A stretch of 64,000 nucleotides of DNA from Podarcis erhardii (lineage: Eukaryota): assembly GCA_964252035.1 (NCBI GenBank), contig OZ176207.1; one strand, written 5' to 3'. Position numbers and translations under genes: made by a program. Below are positions 25,348 to 38,500 of the stretch, one piece after another (within the stretch, counting starts at the first letter, position 1; every line of letters starts with the position of its first letter). The notes below the pieces were generated by a model that was not told the origin of the DNA, made no database searches, and saw only the letters and a list, made by a program, of their open reading frames with translations.

Positions 25348-25566
25348 CAGTGGTACCTCGGGTTACATACGCTTCAGGAAACCCAAAAATAGTACCTCAG
25401 GTTAAGAACTTTGCTTCAGGACAGAACAGAGAACAGAAATTGTGCTCCGGCGGCATGGCAGCAGCAGGAGGCCCCATTAGCTAAAGTGGTGCTTCAGGTT
25501 AAGAACAGTTTCAGGTTAAGAACGGACCTCCGGAATGAATAAAGTACTTAACCTGAGGTACCACTG
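25348..25566 (+). mobile_element. Tc1/mariner-type MITE (family C), inverted relative to 24945-25166
   Basis: ta|cagtggtacctc ... gaggtaccactg|ta. Confidence 0.88.
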
Positions 25567-27664
25567 TATAGGTTTATAGTTTATGCTTACAGCTGCACCT
25601 GCCTTCCTTGTGGTGAGTGAAAAACCTACTCTGCAACAACTATGTTTTTGTGTTCAATTAAAAGGCCTGAAATATCAAATCTGCGGGCTGGGGACAGGGA
25701 AACCTTCAGAGCGTTTATAACCAAAGTAATTTATAGTCAAAGAAAATCTATTTGGAATTTTGAAACGAATAAGGGTTAACTGCTAGGCACAGCAGCTCTT
25801 CAAAATTCATAGTCACATTAAGGCTATGTGCCCTGCTAGTTTTAAAGCACCTGACTGCATGAATAATACAGCAGTGGCTGAGCTGTGACACTTCTAGTGA
25901 CTGAATGTAGTTCAAAGGTCTCAAAACAGCAAACAGACTGTCTTGTAAAACAGACTGTGCAAGTTCCAAAACCACAGAAATTACTGGCGGGAACCACAAC
26001 ATGCTGTCAACTTGTCCTGGAGATAAATGGGTGGGAATTTATCAGGCTACATTTGCAGTCTTCAGATACCAGCTTGTCTAATTGTTACTCGCCACACAGA
26101 TTTGCAAACAAAGCAAGATTTTTTTCCAGTAAATGGAAGGGAGAACTGAAAACATCACCCCACTTCAAAAACCAGGAACTGAAACAATAAAGGGATGAAT
26201 ACACAACTGTGAAGGAAACTCACTGGATTTTTCAATTGTGTCAGTTTAACCTGATCATCAGCCCCATATTTCTAAAACTGAAAGTTTCAGTTTTCCTTGA
26301 CCATGTGTGGATGCAGGCCAGTTTCCTGTGTGCATTAAAGTCCATCATCCAGCAGCAGACACATCAAAATCCCCACCCACCTCTTGCGAGCCAGCTGCTT
26401 GTCACTGTTGTTTGTGTATGTGCTCATCTTCCTACAGGAAGACTTGTCTCACACGTGTACTCAAACCAGGGATTAGCCAGTTACATAGCAGGAAAGGCTA
26501 TGGCATCACCATTTCAACACAGGGGAACTTTACAGTTGCATGCTATTGTATGATTACTTAGTATAAACCTGTCCTGCCTTGCTATTGCTTCCCCCTGCAC
26601 CTTTCGTTCTCCCTATGATGATTCTGCTGCCTAATGCAAATATTCCTCTTTGATTGAGACGCTAATCATTAAAGAGAGACCAGGAGTGTGTGCTTGTGTG
26701 TGTGAGAGAGTTTCTTGAGGCCTCTTTATTTTAAGAGTACATGTACTTAACATGATTTGCACTTGAACAAATGGTTATTTTCTGCAACCAGGAACGTTAA
26801 TGGCCCTCCTGGGGAAAAAACATCACAGGAACCATGTAGTATAGGAAGCTTGTCTTGTTATGTGTTTGGGGTACTTTACAAGCTTTCCCACTTTTAAATT
26901 TAATTAATGCCTTGTTAAACTCATATAAACTTAAATAAATTCAATTTTAACTGGACCTTGGATTTATTGGCCCACCCATGCTTGCTCTATCTAATATGCT
27001 ACTAGGAAGTTCGCTCTGCCTAATTAGTGGATTCCTCTAATAAAAGGATTTTAATTAAGCAGTCTAATGGTCTGACTAATTAGACAGTAGCAGCTATTTG
27101 ACAGTGGGGCTCAAAGGCTACTCAGAAAGTACCTGGATAGGTTAAGGAATAAACCTACACTGTTCACTAAAGTGGTCTACTGGGGTAGGGAAAGGAAAAT
27201 CAGAGTTACAGTAAATCCCAAAAGTAGACACCAATATTCCTCAAGCAGGACAAAGTGCACATTTTGTTAGTGGCAAGATCACAAATTGAATCAAAATAGC
27301 TACAAAGTGGAATGAGGAGAATCGTACACTAGCAGAAAGGAGTCTACACATTGCCTGAAAGTGTCCTACGTTTCTTTTGACGACCTTTTCTGGCTCACAG
27401 AGCAAAATAAATTATCTTCAAGGTCTAAATTATGCAAATAGCTAGTACATTCTGTTGCAGAGATAAGGACTGCCGAGTTCGAGGTCAGATAAAGAAGAAA
27501 GTGTCCTTGAGCATATGCAGAGCAACGTGCCACCACCGGCAAGTTGTAGGACTCTAACTATCATCATCCATCTCCATTGGCCATGCTGTCTGGGGCTGAT
27601 GGGAGCTGAAGTAAAGCGACATCTGGAGGGCACCAGGTTCACTACCCCTGCTCTACTGACATCC

Positions 27665-28050
27665 AAGTGTTGGTGCTGACCTTTAAAGCCCTAAACCGTC
27701 TGGGCCAAGTATACCTGAAGGAGTGTCTCCACCCCAGACAGTGTCTCACTTAGCCCAGACACTGAGGTCCTCCTCCGAGGGTCTTCTGCTGGTTCCCTCA
27801 CTGCGAGAAGTGAAGTTACAGGGAACTAGGCAGAGGGCCTTCTTGGTAGTGGCGCCCTCACTGTAGAACGCCTTCCCTTCAGATGACAAAGAACTATACA
27901 ACTTTTAGAAGACATCTGAAGGCAACCCTGTTTTAGGAAGTCTTTTAAGTTTGATGCTTTATTATGTTTTATATATTCTGTAAGCCACCCATAGGGAAAC
28001 CCAGCCAGATGGGTGGGGTATAAATAATAAATAATAATAATAATAATAAT
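27665..28050 (+). mobile_element. L2-clade LINE 3' end with (AAT)n tail
   Basis: Encodes VLVLTFKALNRLGQVYLKE-like ORF2 end and RQRAFLVVAPSL, then 3' UTR and AAT tail. Confidence 0.8.
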
Positions 28051-29854
28051 TACTATTATTATTAACCTACTGTTCATACTGTCCTCCCTTTGCCATGTCT
28101 AGTGGGAAATAAAGGCAAACAAACTGGGTACAACTGTTCCACAAACTTATATCAGTTTTCTATCCGTTTAACTCTTGGGGCTTCTCCCTAGAAGTCTTAT
28201 AAATGTTTATTCATGGTGAGGGTGATAAGAACCCTCAAGTCTCTTTACTGCCAATCAGCCAACACAAAAAACCTGTTCATGGGAGTGACAAGCAGTGTAA
28301 ATTAGGTCCCTCATAGCTCCTCTTCTTAAACTGCAGGTCTTTTCAACCAAAGGAAACTAAGTTGTTATATGGCTTTATGGACTCTTGTTTCAATGCTTCA
28401 CCCCCATCCTAGGTTGGCCCCAGTGTACTGCTAGGACGAAGCCATGAATATTACCAAAGAACTACAGTTCCCAGGATTGGGAATGACAATTAAAGCTGGT
28501 AGTGTAGATAATCAACCTTCCTCCTCACACTAGATAGCTTCATTTCCTTTTACAGTGAGAGCTAAATTGAAAATTACATGGGGAACATGTGAGCCACTCT
28601 TCCAACTTTTTGTGTTAAATGAAAAGCAATACCAAATGCTGTGATGAGAGCACAGGAATGGCAGGTGGGCAAGGGCTTGGAATCAGGGCTCGGAACCCGT
28701 GGCCCTAAAGAGGTTGTTGGACTCCACCTCCGTTCATCTGTGACTTCTGCTGTCTGAGACTGATGGCATTTGGGACTTCAAAAACATCTGGAGACCAGGC
28801 CTTCCCCATCCCTAGCTAAAATCTTTCCCTTCTAGCCACTGGTCTGCTAAATATTCCCACTGGTATCTTTTCTTCCAGAAGGGGCAAAATAATGACAGGC
28901 CACTCTTGGAGGATGATCTGTCCCCACAAGACTTTTCTAAGGTTCTCAAGGCATGATGACTGGCTATGGCATGAACACAAGCGCATGTCTCCAAACTCAC
29001 ATTATTTGCAAACCTCTGAAATGTATGCCAATAGGACTTACATACATAGAATCATGTTTGAAAGTGTCACTGTATGGTTGAGGCAGAATTTTGGTCATCT
29101 TAATCCTCATGAAGATAGCATGAGATCAGAATTAACGGATTCCAGCACAGCTGGGAAAGCATTCCAGGAGGGGTGGTGCACAGCCAAAGGCATTTTAGAA
29201 AAATGTCTAAGCAAATAAATAGGAGTTTATAGAGCGGTATGAATGTGAACTACTTCATATCCCATATCCAGTAGGTATTGGTGACATTTGTATAAATAAA
29301 TTCCAATAATGGTTGCAACAACAGTATGTTTAGGTGGGTGGGAGGGAGAACGTTTGTGCATGGGGAGGGTAGCACTGCATTTCCCAGATCCAAACACGAA
29401 GTCTCCAAGTGGAGGGAAAATGAGATATTCCTGCAAGAGAGGCTAGAAAGAAGATGTCAGATGTGCACAGCAGATTACTACCAGATGTGCATTTGCTGCA
29501 CAAAAACGGCTTCTGTGAGAAGACCCTCGTTTGGAATGCCCAGCCGAGAGACAAGAATATGACAAATAGTGCGAGATAGTATGTGACATCTCTGCCAGAA
29601 AGAACACTCAGCTGCCAGTTTTGCCCTTGGACTGCAGACACAAAGGGATAGGAAGTATACTCTGAATCTTTTCCATCAGGCAGAAGACTAAAGGCTGCTG
29701 GGTTGTCTGAGGTTTGTGTATGTATGCACATATAGCATTATTATTTATTGCTTGAAAGCTGGCTTGAGAACCATTTAATTGAAGGGCAGCTTATAACTTT
29801 TCAAAACAAACAAGAAAGTAAAGAGAAAATCTAGATAGCAAAAATAAGTGGAAT

Positions 29855-30212
29855 TTTATTTATACATACATACATACATACATACATACATACATACCCA
29901 GCCCATCTGGCTGGGTTTCCCCAGCCACTTTGGGCAGCTCCCAAAAGAATATTAAAAACCGGATAAAACATCAAATATTAAAAACTTTCCTAAAAAAGGT
30001 TGCCTTCAGATGTTTTCTAAAAGTCAGATGGTTGTTTATTTCCTTGACATCTGATGGGAGGGCGTTCCACAGGGTAGTTGCCACTACTGAGAAGGCCCTC
30101 TGCCTGGTTCCCTGTAGCTTCACTTCTCGCAGGGAGGGAACTGCCAGAAGGCCCTCGGAGCTGGACCTCAGTGTCCCGGCTGAACAATGGGGGTGGAGAC
30201 GCTCCTTCAGGC
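29855..30212 (-). mobile_element. L2-clade LINE 3' end with (ATAC)n tail
   Basis: Reverse complement matches the 27.7-28.0 kb copy (gggaaccaggcagagggccttc). Confidence 0.8.
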
Positions 30213-32117
30213 AAGAAATTGAGGACAGTGCTCTCCTCTTAGTCCATCTAGTTAAGTCAACTAGAAATTTAACAAGTTAATATATTAGTTGGAATTCCCA
30301 TGTTTCCACTTGTGGTTTTCTGAAAGCCACTAAAAAACAATGTGGGCAATTCACAGGGGTCTTTGTCACGCGACTCCATGCAGTTCTTCCTTCCACTCTT
30401 TACAAGGAGTAGCACATTTCAGTGGATTGAATCACAACAGATTGAATCACAAGTAACCACGATAATGCTGCATGTCTGAATTATTTAACATCAGGTTTTC
30501 TAAATGTAGCTTCACTGAAGACTGGTTAAAAAAAAAAATCAGTGTCACAAACTGCACAGATCCAGCCCTGGACATCTGTTAGGGATTACTACAGAAGAAA
30601 AAGTTAATTGAATAATACAAAACACTATACTGAACAGGGATGTCTATCCACAAAGAGTGAGGAATGAGTATGAGTTAATTTGTTCGCATATGCATACCCA
30701 TCATAGAAGGCCAGAAGCTGCCTTATGCCAGGTCAGATTATTTGTTTGTCTAGCCTACTATCACTCTGGGTCACAGCAGCTCTTTCAGATCAAAATGATC
30801 AAGGGTCTGGAGCAAAAGGTGGTGCATTCCTGCTAGAATAATATTTTCTAAGGAATGCTAAAAGCTTTCTCATTACATTATGTACAAAAGTAAATATACT
30901 GACTTTTTATGTTCTCCTAAACAATGCTGTTCTGAGTTCTGAATGGGAATAGGAAAAATTCACCCTTGAACTAACTACCACCAAGGAAAATGCAAACACA
31001 TTGCTCTTGTTTAAAAATTTTAAAGGCTCTGCTTTCACAAAATCAGCATTTTGGATTTCCCAAAACGAAACAACACCCTTTGAAGTGGAGTCAACAGAAG
31101 CTTATCAGTGTCCACATTGCAGAGGCATCAGTTTATAAAATCCTGTTTTTGAGGCATATCTGCCAGCATTCTTACCAACGTTACACCAAGTTTTAATTCA
31201 ATGAATCACCAGAAGTGTTTTTTAAAAACAAAACTTCAAAGAGAAACGGGCAGGCATGATTAATTATAAAACAGCAATCAAAACACTGAACTAGCAGCTC
31301 TCAAACACAAGCTGTGAATTAAGTAAATTTGGGAGGTTCTCTCACTGCAACTTACGAACTGTGCATTTTTAAATTATGCTTTCTTATTTTTGAACAGATG
31401 TTGCAAGCCTCATCTCCACTATCTAGAAAGCTTGCTTTTGTCAAGGTAAAATTAAAAAAGCATTAGAAGAAACTTTTGATGCCCCATGAATACAATTTAC
31501 TGTTACTGTATAGTTAAAAAAAAAATGGTTTAGTTTAACCCGGATAGACCAAATTTAGTGAGAACTGTTGAATGAAGCACCTCTTTTCACTAGGAAGATT
31601 CACAAGCCTAGCACTGAAAAGTTGGCAAGGAGGGCACCAGGTCAAGACTTTCCTCTTCTCCCAGGTATCTGATTGCGCTGATCTTTCTTTTTTTATAGTC
31701 ATGGGGCTGTTTGTTGGCTTTGTTGTGTTTATGGTGAGCATGCTGAGGTTGTGGGATTTTAATTGTCTTTGTATTAAGTGGATACATGGATATTTTAGTC
31801 ATTGTTCCTTGTTGTTTTTTCTTTGATATATTATACTGTATTTGTTTATACCGCATTTCTGCTTCAAGTTGCCTTGAGGCTTCTTGGCATAAGGCAGTGA
31901 AGACAGAACAACAAACAACCCTTTAAAGATGACACAGTCGCTGTGCTAAGTGCTTTCCCCATGGGCCCACCTGTACCATCTAAAGGCTGTCAGCCACATG
32001 GATGAAGCACGTTGTGGGGGTATTTTTCTGTGGTATCTTCTCCCCACTGGAAGGAACCCTACAATCAAGCCCATGATGTGGTTAGAAGCTTTTAAATACA
32101 AGAGAAGCACCACAGGG

Positions 32118-32438
32118 CAGCGGTGGAGGAATCCGCTTGGGCAGTGCCCCCAGCAGCAGGGAAAGCCACCCATAGGGGCATGGCACACTACAGGGCCTCC
32201 GGAGTCTGCCTGCCTTCTCCCACTCAGCTGTCCTACAGCTGGGGGGGGGGAGGCAGCGGGCGGACCATTTGGATAGTGAAGAGCCTGCATGCTCCCAAGC
32301 CACCACATCTCTCCCAGGAGAGACGCATGGCTCATGCACACTGGAGGGCCTGCAGTGAGTGCCGCCGGCCTTTTGTCCCCCCTCAGTGGTGACACCCAGG
32401 TCGGACCACACCAACCGCACTCCCTTCCTCCGCCTCTG
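32118..32438. mobile_element. GC-rich hAT-type MITE, 321 bp
   Basis: TIR cagcggtggaggaa / ttcctccgcctctg (12 of 14); TSD ccacaggg/ccataggg (7 of 8). Confidence 0.7.
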
Positions 32439-32442
32439 CCAT

Positions 32443-32806
32443 AGGGTTGTTGATGTTTCTCATTTTTCCAGACCTAAAGGTATCTGCAGCAATTTGTCAG
32501 CATTTTAGTCAGCTTATTTCTCCTGACAAACACATTTTTGTCTGCTGTTTTAAATAATGCACACATTGTTACTAGCAATTCTTCCTAATATAATGCATTC
32601 TGTATGTTATTTTTACTATTGTATACATTTTTATGCACAGTCCCCCTAATGTAAACATTTTTGTAAACATCGGTTGGAGAGCTGCATTGCACAATTTGGA
32701 TAAGTGCAAATTTTGAAGGTGCTTCAGTTCTCATAATGTTTTAGAAACTACAAATTTGAAAGATCTAGGTTTCAATGCAAACTGAATCAAATTTCTCCTC
32801 CATCCC
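32443..32806 (-). mobile_element. Old non-autonomous DNA-transposon-like repeat
   Basis: Ends aaatttctcctccatcccta (TAGGGATG-type terminus). Family recalled from lacertid repeats, unverified. Confidence 0.4.
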
Positions 32807-34754
32807 TAATTCTAATCTCCCCTCCCTTTTATGCGCAGGAAGAGATTGAATTAATTGCATTGCAACGCAAATCTTTTACTGGGTCACCCAAGCACATATT
32901 ACATTGCTACAAACATGCAGAATCCAACATTAATAAGATATATTCTAACCTAGCAACGATAAATGCAGTTTCTTTTCAGACTGCTGAATGCTAAGAAAAC
33001 AGCTTTCCCCACAGCTTTTTTGTAAATATCATAATCAGTGTTTCCTTTTTACTCTAAGAATGGTATTTGGAAGAGGGGGTAACTATCCTGATGCTTTTGA
33101 TGTGCCACTACATTTGCCAAGGTTGATAAGCAGCGATGAGAGCAAGCTGCACGGCAGCCTCTTTTGCTAGTTATGCAACTGCCCTGTTTTAGGTACTGCA
33201 ATATTTATGAAAGCCCCCAGTACATTTTTTTATGCTGTTGTCTGAAGCGCAATGCATTGCTTCTGCATCTCTCCATTGAAAAAATCAAACCATCTCCATA
33301 ACTCAAAATATAATTTGGGTGCCGTCTGCAGTACATATGACAAAAGCAATAAATTAGTAAAGTGGGGAAATGTCAACATAAGTATGGTGACAGGCAACGA
33401 AACAAAAATCTGAAAAATTGCACTGACACAGCAATTACCAACACTTGAAGCTTTTCTTCAGGAGAAAATGTGCTTGACATTTACAGCAGTTTGGCCAGAA
33501 ATGAAAAATGAAACTTAAGGACCAAGTGTATGCTAGAGACTGGGAGCAGGATCCAACCCAGACAAGCAGCTCACTGTTCCCTGCTTCCTACCTATTGTTA
33601 GACCTTGTGACAATTTAAAGGAAAGCACTTTTCACAGAAGAAAACTGGAAAATATGATTGCAATTCTAAGCATGCTTACTTGAACAGAGTGTTAAAATAA
33701 ACATGGATTTTCCCCCCAGAAAGAATTGGCCCCTAGAAGCGGCTTCCTCTGGCACCAAAATCTCTCCTGAGGTTCAGGGGGTCTTAGCTAGGACGGGACT
33801 ACTTTGGGTTACAGAAGAGACTGATGGCAGCTTTAAATGCTTCCCTGATGGGGTTGATTTTTTTTAACGTTCTGCATTTAGAGAACTAACATATCAGGTA
33901 TAAAGGGTTCTAGCCAAGCTCCCTTACTTTTACAAGTTGGGAAAGTGGGAAGGCGAAGGGAAAGGAGGAGTTATGCTTTCAAATGTTTTCTCGCTTCAGT
34001 TTGAGTCTTTTAGTTATCAGCCGTATTTCTGGCACAATTAAGCAGAGGAATGTGAGCACTGTTGCAGAAAACAGCAGCACGCAGCACCAAACAGTTGGCA
34101 ATAGGATCAATCCTGTTTTTAGAGAAGAATGGATGGTTCGGTGAAGCCATCTGTGCTCTCCCATCTGAACAGACAATTGGCACAATTGCCAGGAGCCTGC
34201 TTGGGACTTCACATGAATATTGCTGGTTTCTCAATCAAGTTTTTTTTCTTCCACTCAGGAAAACATGCATACACCACCTGTTTGCAGTTCCTTATCCATC
34301 TAGGAACACGTGCAGAATTTTAGCTTCCCAACGTTTATCACCCTAACTAAAGTGAAGCGGAAAAATGAAGCAGTTGAATGCTAACTTAGAATGCCAGTTT
34401 AAAACAGTCTCTCATCACAATTACATACCACCACCACCCCACATGCACAAACACTGTGCATATCATAGTACCTAATAATGTACTGCTAAATCAGTAGGCA
34501 TTATCCCGAGCATAAAACACTTAATTTCTCTGATGCATTCCCTCTCTTTGGTATTCAGTTTCTAAACCACGTTCTTGAAATTATATTAATGAATTCAGCT
34601 TAGCAGAGAGCACTGTGAGGTCTGTGACTAATACATTCACCTGTGAGAAGACTGGTTACATTTGTCAAAGATGACATCGTAAACTTAACTTTGCAACATT
34701 TAACTCTGGTTGAAAATCTTAGCTGTTATCAAAGTTTGATCAAATTTGCTAATA

Positions 34755-35000
34755 CAATGGAACCTCGGTTTTCAAACTCCTCCGTTGATGAATGTTTCGG
34801 AACTCAAACGCCATAAACCCAGAAGTAAATGCTTCTGTTTTCAAACACACCTCGGAAGTCGAACTTCCAAAGTGGCTTCCTTATTGAGTTTATTCGTATT
34901 AATTTTTCCATTTTGAGGCTTCTATATTGAGTTTTCGGTTTTCGAATGTTTCGGAACTCGAACAGTTTTCTGGAACGAATTACGTTCAGAAACCGAACAT
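34755..35000. mobile_element. Tc1/mariner-type MITE (family D), degraded right end
   Basis: ta|caatggaacctcggttttc start, internal gtttcggaactc repeats, CpG-rich. Confidence 0.6.
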
Positions 35001-35382
35001 ACACAAAATAATAAATATATTTCTCATTCCTGTTTCTCACTAAACAATGTGCATATGTAAGAAGAATCACTCTAGGGTAGGAAATTGATTGAGTAAACTA
35101 AAACCACATGGTCTTATGTGCTAGAAGATGCAGTATTATAACACTGCATAATGTTTCTGTATTTCTAAAGGAAGCACCATTGCTCCAAGTTACTTGACAT
35201 GCATATTCCAGCACTTAGGAAATTATATTGGGCAGCCTTCCCTTAGGTGGTGTCGTCCAGATGTTTTGGACTACAACTCCATTCAGCACAGTTGTGCTGG
35301 CTGAGGCCACTGGAAGCTGCACTGCAAAAAGATCTGGAGAATGCCTGCTAAGTGAAGGCTGATCTTGTGAAATCACTTTGAT

Positions 35383-35574
35383 GCGTCTGGGTCTCCCTGT
35401 TCTTTCGCCCGAAAAGGCGTAGATACTGAGGTCCCTTTCCGACGCCGCTGGATATATTTCGGCTCAGGGTCTTTTAGGGGTCGCGTAGCCCCAGAAATCC
35501 CTCCAACAATCGCTCCTACACGGAGCACCCACGGAGCACGTCCATTGCGGGGAGAGGTAAAATCAGAAGTCTCC
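35383..35574 (-). mobile_element. 192-bp CpG-rich insertion with 17-bp TSD, possibly an L1 5' UTR fragment
   Basis: tgtgaaatcactttgat at 35366-35382 and 35575-35591 is seen directly. The L1 5' UTR identity is only an impression. Confidence 0.6.
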
Positions 35575-38500
35575 TGTGAAATCACTTTGATAGGAGTGAA
35601 ACTATTGATTAATTCAGCTGCCAGCAATCAGCCAGGCTTTAGGGCTACACTGCTGTAAAGACATCATCTAACAGGCACAGAGTGCTCCTCAATTTCAAAG
35701 CTGTCCCCTCAATGCAAGCAAGGAAGCAGCTCAGTTTACACAAGGGAAAGCAAACTGACTTGCCTCTTCTACTAAATGGGGTGCATATATTTTAGTTTTT
35801 AATGTTTCTAAAAACTCATGATCTTTTCACGTAAAACTATAAGCTGTGTGTCTTTTCATTTGTTTTGCATTTCTGCAGCCATATTGGGAATATGAATTTA
35901 CAGTTGTCGTTTTTTAAATGGCTGCCTTTCTTCTGTCCCACAGTGGCCATGCTCCAGCATATGCTGAAAAATGAGAGGAGTACAAATACACTTTTAAGGT
36001 GAAGGCAGAAAGAACATCTGAGAAGAACATGCGAAGCTGTCCCCACTCCCCAAGGACTTAGCCCTGGAGGTAGAATAGGATTTAAAAATGGCAAGGGTGC
36101 TCCCAAATCAGACCCATTGCTCTAAAAATATTATGTCTCTCTTCAGCTCTGGTGTCATGTGTGACCAGACCTTCACTCCTGCTTGTTAACACAATGCCTA
36201 AATTAGAAATTTAAGTAAGTGCTAATGCTTTCTTCTTTGCAGCTGAAACAGAGGAATTAAAGACAAGACTTAAATTACAAGACAAGTTCCAAATATTACA
36301 ATGGCTGGGTCTCTAATCAGAGCAGTAGCACTCAGGCACATTCATGAGCTGTAAAGATGGGTTTCAGATTCCCACATTCAAGTGTTTCTTGTGCTCCAAG
36401 CTCCATACACTGAGTAAAGTTTTGAAAAGGGATGCCGGCTGTACTCATGAAAGCTCCTCCCTGTGAGCAGGAATGCTGCTCTCCCTTGAGACCTTCACTC
36501 AATGCACAGAGGTTGGGCCCAATGTTGGAGATGGCACCACTGGTCCAACACCTGAAGGCTACAGGTTCCCTACTCCCTGCCATAAAGAGACTAAAATAAA
36601 TTGTAAAATATACATAAAAGGCAAGAAAGAAATAGGGAAAATTAATAAATTTTAGGGACTGAAGTGACAAGCAAAACAAGTACTATATGATGCAAGGTAT
36701 TAAATGCACGATCTTCTACAAAATTCAGAATTGTGTGCCCGCAATACAAAGAGAATTCTGCTCTTTATAAAACAGAAATAGACCTCATGTAAGCACTTAT
36801 ATAATACTTTCAAAATACTCCCCACTCCACCCCATAAATACCACATGTGCTTCTGCTGCAGTCAAGCACCATTTGCCTGGAGATAGTAATTTTACCATAA
36901 AGATTACTATATAATTACTATGTGTCAATGACAAGACACTGCTAGATTTAAAACTGAGATGGTGCATCGTGGAACACTAACACAATCATTTCACGTAGGC
37001 ATTGTAAAAAGCCAAAATTTGTTTGGTAGGCCATCTTGTGGCTACAACTCCAGTGCAGAGAGGTACTTATCTCTGCCTAAAGCAGGGGTAGCTAACTCCC
37101 AATTTTGGGGGGGGGGTGATAGTCTTGATACAGCAACCTAACCAATCTATTATGACCTCCTCAACACCCCACCAATTATGGCAGGTACAGTGAAAAAATA
37201 AACTGAAGTAGCCTCAAAGCTTGGTGTCATAGGGATCTGGGAAGTTTACAGTTAAATTGCAGAAAATGCCTGAAACGTTAAAGTTTGACTAATGCAGCTA
37301 CTCCTCTAGAAACTGAGACTTCTAAGTTTCAAAAGCCTATTTGCCAGAAAGCACAGAGAGTATGGGTGGTTTTTCTAAAAAGAAAATATTAAGTTAAAAG
37401 CCCCATTGGGTGGGGTACTCAGAGTTAGTCATGTAATTTGAGTTTAGATCGTGACTTATTAATGTATCAAATAGCAAATATTACATCAACACACATTTTA
37501 AACTGCTTCTAATGATACAAGGTGCAGTCATGCTACTATCACTCTTAGAAGCAACTCACGTGTGCTCAAGACTAGTGTGCTGAAATAAGATAAAAGTGGG
37601 ACAAAGTGTTCCTGTTCATTAAAGGGCTCTGAAATCACCTCTGTTTCATCTCAGGAGAAGTGACTGATATATTTACAGAGTTATCTGTAACACACAGAGA
37701 TGGGGTAGTGTGAACTTATGAAACATCAGTTGTGGAAAATGTAAACCAACTCTCATGATCACTTTAAAACAAACAGTAGACTTCAGGCATGAAAAATAAT
37801 TTGGGTAACTCTAGGGACCATATGATGGACAAATAAAAGAAGGAAAATGGGAGGGGGAGAACTTGGTAGATCCAAAACAATGAGTAGTGAGAGAGAGAAT
37901 TTAGTTCCTGAAGAAATCTCTCTTTCTTTATTTCCTGTGTGAGGGACATTTCATCATAACTTACCAAGAATAAAATGAAACGAACAAAAAACTTCACACC
38001 CTTACTTCTTATTTTTTTATTAAAAAAAACGCATTTCTAGTCTACAAAGAGAATAAACTGAGGACCTACAATCTGGCACCTAATTATCTCGCATATAATA
38101 TTCTCTTATAAAAAGACAGAAGCTTACAGCTACTGTAGCAGAGAAGATTCCAAACTGTAGTCAAGTCTGGATATGCTCAGACTTGAACTTGAAAAATTAA
38201 GTTGAACCAAAAAGAATGCAAAAGTAAGTAGGAAATCTTGCAACCTATTGAGTTTATGATAGTAACAAAATGGTTCTCTCTTTAATGCTCAGCTGTGTAC
38301 TAGAAATTCTAAATAAAAAGGAATCTGGGGGGGGATGATAATTAGGTTTAGATCATTTTTTAAAGATATATAGCTTTCCAAAAAGATCAGAAACTTTAAA
38401 GGTTTGCTTATTTGCTTTAGACAGTTATAAAAGGATACTGAAAGTTCATTCTCATGACCATATTGATATGATGGTGATGTTGCAAAGGCACAGCTAACTG

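Noticed and set aside
31946-32420. Overlapping 89-149 aa ORFs
   Set aside because: Mostly explained by the GC-rich hAT MITE at 32118-32438.
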